Notes under the pieces: generated by a model | Databases searched by the model: none | What the model saw: only the letters and a program-made list of their open reading frames with translations | What the model was told of the DNA's origin: nothing | Shown: positions 53,139 through 64,000 of the stretch, piece by piece | Position numbering within the stretch: the stretch's first letter is position 1 | How the letters are laid out: each line of letters starts with the position of its first letter | Made by a program: the position numbers and the translations under genes | Assembly (NCBI GenBank): GCA_964016885.1 | Contig: OZ024740.1 | Location: forward strand, 282,596,001-282,660,000 | Origin: Eledone cirrhosa | Lineage: Eukaryota | Length of the DNA stretch: 64,000 nucleotides | Reading direction: 5' to 3'

Positions 53139-53758
53139 CTATAATACAAATAAAAAGATATTATATATTACAATAAGATTAATCAACTCGTTACAGAGCA
53201 TATGTATAAAATAGAATGAATGAACTAAGATGTTGTTTTAGTATATATTAAATTACAGATGATCTAAAGAAACGTACGGAATATATTTAAAGGAAATGAT
53301 TTTAATGAGTTATTTTTATGAAGATTGGATATTATTCATGCATTTACTCATACATTTACTGACGCATGCAAACATGTACACATACATACATACGTACATA
53401 CATACAAACATATATACATATATATATATATATTATATTATATTTTGAGAATAAACTCTCAGTCGTTTACAATAATTAAGCTCCAGGAAGGGGCTCTTCC
53501 GAGCAGTTAAATACATTTAAAGTATATGATAAACACGAAATGTGTTTATATTGCAACAGACAAAGTTAGCTAACTTTGTCTGTTGCAATATAAACACATT
53601 TCGTGTTTATCATATACTTTAAATGTACATATATATATATATATGATATTTGGTGGTTCGGTGAACCGAGACTATGTATATATATATATATATATATATA
53701 TCTTTGTATATATATATATAAGTTATACATTTGGACGTAAGTCTACATGTTAGAACAT

Positions 53759-53845
53759 AAATCTGAGGAGCTTTCGACTCCAGAGTCAGGAACGAACATA
53801 TTCGATTGTTCCTAGAGCTGATCGACAGTGAAACATATGTAATAT
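53759..53845 (+). ncRNA. HHR with long stem II insertion
   Basis: CTGAGGA-60 nt structured-GAAACATATGTA^ATAT; palindromic ACATATGT stem III; weak stem I. Confidence 0.55.
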
Positions 53846-53901
53846 CTGATTGAATATGTACACGATGCAATAGTGATATCTTTGTTCTTTAATTATTATA
53901 T

Positions 53902-53939
<38 letters not shown>

Positions 53940-54109
53940 GTGAGGTTTTTTTTACAAAATGAAAAATAACCGAGGTGTCCTACACGAGTGGAAGTATAAA
54001 GAAAAAGGGATGAAATCGAAAATGCAACTGAAGTCTTATTTTTTTTAAAAATATATATATTTAAAAAAAAAATAAGACTTCAGTTGCATTTTCGATTTCA
54101 TCCCTTTTT

Positions 54110-54194
<85 letters not shown>

Positions 54195-54225
54195 CATATA
54201 TATATATATACATATATATATATAC

Positions 54226-54276
<51 letters not shown>

Positions 54277-54277
54277 C

Positions 54278-54386
<109 letters not shown>

Positions 54387-54407
54387 CATACATATATATA
54401 TATATAT

Positions 54408-54438
<31 letters not shown>

Positions 54439-54439
54439 C

Positions 54440-54472
<33 letters not shown>

Positions 54473-54511
54473 CATACATACATACATATATATATATATA
54501 TACATACATAC

Positions 54512-54557
<46 letters not shown>

Positions 54558-54560
<3 letters not shown>

Positions 54561-54772
54561 AGGCGTGTGGCTGAGTGATTAGAGAATTGGATTCGCAATC
54601 GTAAGGTTGTGAGTTCGATTCCTGGACCAGGCGATGCGTTATGTCCTTGAGCAAGACACTTTATTTCACGTTGCTCCTTCTACCTGGAGTTGCGACCGAT
54701 AGATAGTATTAGCAATTGGAAAGACCAACGGAAACATTGTTCCCTCGGTCCGATTTGACGAAAGTCGATCGT
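54558..54772 (+). mobile_element. CORE-like SINE
   Basis: Highly similar to 4213-4434. Confidence 0.78.
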
Positions 54773-55358
54773 TCCTTTATATTTATATATATATATATAT
54801 ATATATGCCTTGTGCCAACAGTAGAATCAATTATCTTAAATTGTTCCAAAAGTCTTGGTTTAGTGGAGACAAAAGTAGTTCCCTCCTTGCTTGATTTTCA
54901 CCAGTAGGCACCTCTAATGGAAGTTTCGGTCTGGAATTCGAAAGCATAATCTTGAATGATTGAATGCTTTATCCATTCAGCATATTCGAAGAGTTATGCT
55001 CTACCTGTGAGAATACATACAGGCTGTCCATAAATTATGTTTAGAACTTCTATCATTGACTAGGGGATACTCCAAAGTCTAGATGCGTTGCGTACAATCA
55101 ACGGACCCTACATTGAAGGTGGGCAGGCTTAAATTTAAAATTAATATTGGTGCTTGTTTTTGCAACGTATGCAAATGCGCTTCATCAGCTTATATACATA
55201 GGCGAGAAATTCATAAGATTCTAGCTTATCTTTATATCGGTAGAAACCTGATGGATATACAGAAGGCTATCTAATCTTTTTCATAAGCTTCCTCTATAAT
55301 ATTCGATATACAACACATACATATCTCTGTATAAGGCTATGTTGGAGCACCAATAAAC

Positions 55359-55480
<122 letters not shown>

Positions 55481-55495
55481 GTATATATATATATG

Positions 55496-55815
<320 letters not shown>

Positions 55816-55860
55816 TATATGTAATATAAGATCAAAAGATGGTTAAAGGAGTTCAATATA

Positions 55861-55927
55861 TTTTATTATGCGCATTTCAAAAACAAACATCATCAAACAA
55901 TAATATTTGTGTTTTCATCAGATAAAA
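55861..55927 (-). ncRNA. PLE family 1 HHR copy
   Basis: Reverse complement of 24549-24615. Confidence 0.8.
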
Positions 55928-58264
55928 CAGGAGAACATGATATGAAGGCTAAAAAAACACTTGTTGATAGTGCAGTTTTAAATCAACATATGAAAAGTGG
56001 TTTTAGATTGATGTGTGATATTGGGAAAAATATTTTATTTAGAGAGGGGGGGAGAGAAAAGGATGAAAAGGGAAGGAGATGAGAGGGAGAGATGGGTGAT
56101 AGAGAGAAAGAGATAGTTTTTATAACAGAGAGGAGATATATTTTATATAGAGGGGTTGAAAACCGTTGGAAGATACTGTATAAATTAAAAATTTTGAAAA
56201 TTAACGAAGGGAGGATATGTGCGAGGAAAAAATATATTATATTTAGGGAGGGGTGGGGGTGGAAAGGATGAAAAAAAGGGGAGGAGATGAGAGTGAAGGT
56301 GGAAAGGGAGAGATGGGTGATAGAGAGAAAGAGATAGTTTTTATAACTGAGAAAAAGATATAATGTTTTAATATAGAGAGGTTGGGAACCGTTGGAAGAT
56401 AATGTATAAATTAAAGGAATTTGAAAATTAACGAAGGGAAATTATGTATGGAGATAGAGAGAAAAAAATAACGAAGGGAGATTATGTATGGAGATAGAGA
56501 GAAAAAAATAATAATTGTGGGTGAATATTCAAAAGGAGAAATGTAGGAATCTTAAAATTAGCAAAGAGAAAATGTTTATGTATAGGATTTGAGAAAAATT
56601 TATATTGAATTCATATGTATTAATAATGAGTTCGTTGATGGGGAGAAAAAAATAATAATAATAAATTAAGGATGAAATTGAGATTAAAAAGATTTATGAT
56701 AGAGAGAAAAAATAATAATGATTGCGGATGAATACTCAAAATGTCAAAAACAAATGTTATTGTTTTACGAAGAGATATAATGAGGGTGATGAGTAAACGG
56801 GTATTATAGAGTGTATAATGCCCTTTAAAGTAAGGTAGATGGGTATATTTTAAAGAATATATGAGTATATATTAAAAAAAATATATATAATAATAAATTA
56901 AGGATGAAATTGAGATTAAAAAGATTTATGATAGAGGGAAAAAAAATAATAATGATTGCGGATGAATATTCAAAATGTCAAAAACAAATGTTATTGTTTT
57001 ACGAGAAGATAGGATGAGGTAAATGAATAAACGAGTACTATAGAGTGTATAATGCCCTTTAAAGTAAGGTAGATGGGTATATTTTAAAGAGGTGTATGTA
57101 TATGTGCCTTTGAGAAAAGATTCTAAATTGATAAAGAATTGAATATTAACTGTATACTTTGTGAAAAGTTCTATGGAATTTATGAAGGCAGATGGAAAAC
57201 AAATCCGAGCGTCTATTTATTATGGATTCTAGGTTAGAGATAATGGTAAATTTTTCATTTAGGCAGAGATTACAGATTTTAGATAGAGAACTGTTCAAGT
57301 ACGAGGATGCAGAAGAAATCTTTTTCCAAAAGATGTTATATTTAATGTTTTTGTCTTTTAAGGACCATATGAGTTCTGAGAGAGCAGTGTTAGTTCTTTT
57401 AAGTTTGTATTTGAAAGATGAATGATGATTATAGAGACGAGCTTTAAAAGAGGTGGAAGTGGAGCCAAAATAGGTGAAGGAGTTGGTGCTAGTTATAATT
57501 TTACATTCATAAATTAAGTTTTTATCGAGGCAATGGTTGTTGAGAGGACATTTATTTTTAATGCGGCAGTTGCAATTAGAGAGATTATTAATGAGTGATC
57601 TAGTGTTATCTATAGAAGGAATTGGATTGGAGAAGTTGTTTGCGATAGGAATAATAGGAATAATAGTTTCTTGATTTAGAGTTGGATTATGAACATTTAG
57701 CGAAGTTGTGTTTGACGTTGCATTTGGGTTTACAGAAGTTAGCCTAGGGTTTACAATGACGTCAGGAGTACTATTATTGTTATTATGAGATTCAATATTG
57801 GAAGGAAGAGATTTAGTATTTAATATTTTGTTGTTGTGTTTAGAAATGATGTTGGAAATATTGGAGGATGTAGAATACGAAAATTTAATGGTGTGTTTGT
57901 TAAATATTTTACTATAGATATGTGAGGGAGGGAAGCATTTATTTAAGGCACTAAAAAATAATTTAGGAATATTGTTATTAATAGAGATGGAGAAAGGAGC
58001 ATTATACCAGATTATGTTTTTGTATCTAGGTCTTTTATTAAAATTATTGGAATGGTTATGATTAAATATTCTACTGTAAGTTTTCCTAGAATTTGTTTCT
58101 TTATTATATTTGATTTTATCTGGATAGCCAGCTTTCTCTCCCCCCCTCTCTAAATAAAATATTTTTCCCAATATCACACATCAATCTAAAACCACTTTTC
58201 ATATGTTGATTTAAAACTGCACTATCAACAAGTGTTTTTTTAGCCTTCATATCATGTTCTCCTG

Positions 58265-58331
58265 TTTTATCTGATGAAAACACAAATATTATTGTTTGAT
58301 GATGTTTGTTTTTGAAATGCGCATAATAAAA
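58265..58331 (+). ncRNA. PLE family 1 HHR copy
   Basis: Same motif as 24549-24615. Confidence 0.8.
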
Positions 58332-58457
58332 TATATTGAACTCCTTTAACCATCTTTTGATCTTATATTATGCATACTCCAGTCCCACAAACTGTAGAGT
58401 GCTTCTTATCCGATATCTGCATTGCTTTATTGTACTACAATAAAACTCACCTCCTAC

Positions 58458-64000
<5,543 letters not shown>

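Larger units (their letters stand above)
55823..58457 (-). mobile_element. PLE family 1, 5'-truncated copy with a short inverted pLTR arm
   Basis: ORF 57146 to about 58130 (thumb end, linker, GIY-YIG) nearly identical to 22538-23313; inverted arm at about 58133-58457. Confidence 0.9.

Overview
AT-rich animal genomic DNA; the repeat repertoire looks octopus/cephalopod-like, which is an inference. It is dominated by (TA)n microsatellites and retroelements. One complete host gene can be assembled on the minus strand: 7 coding exons from 40357 to 5715, about 679 aa, encoding a secreted protein (signal peptide, VWA, Thr/Ser-rich linker, VWA, degenerate VWA). The terminal exon of a tandem paralog lies at 52570-53138. 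Three distinct families of Penelope-like elements (PLEs; RT plus C-terminal GIY-YIG) sit in (TA)n tracts as truncated or inverted insertions, each with its own hammerhead ribozyme (HHR). The most notable signal is more than 15 HHR motifs read by eye. They include small non-coding, terminally redundant, highly structured retrozyme-like units (19687-20248, fused directly to a PLE RT fragment; 43861-44786), HHRs with an unusually long stem II, and HHRs caught in fold-back palindromes. Also present are CRE-like and RTE-like LINE relics, three SINE-like families, a hAT MITE with an 8-bp TSD, and a 140 x 21-bp minisatellite inside a decayed Thr-rich reading frame. All structures were derived by eye; no searches or folding programs were run.
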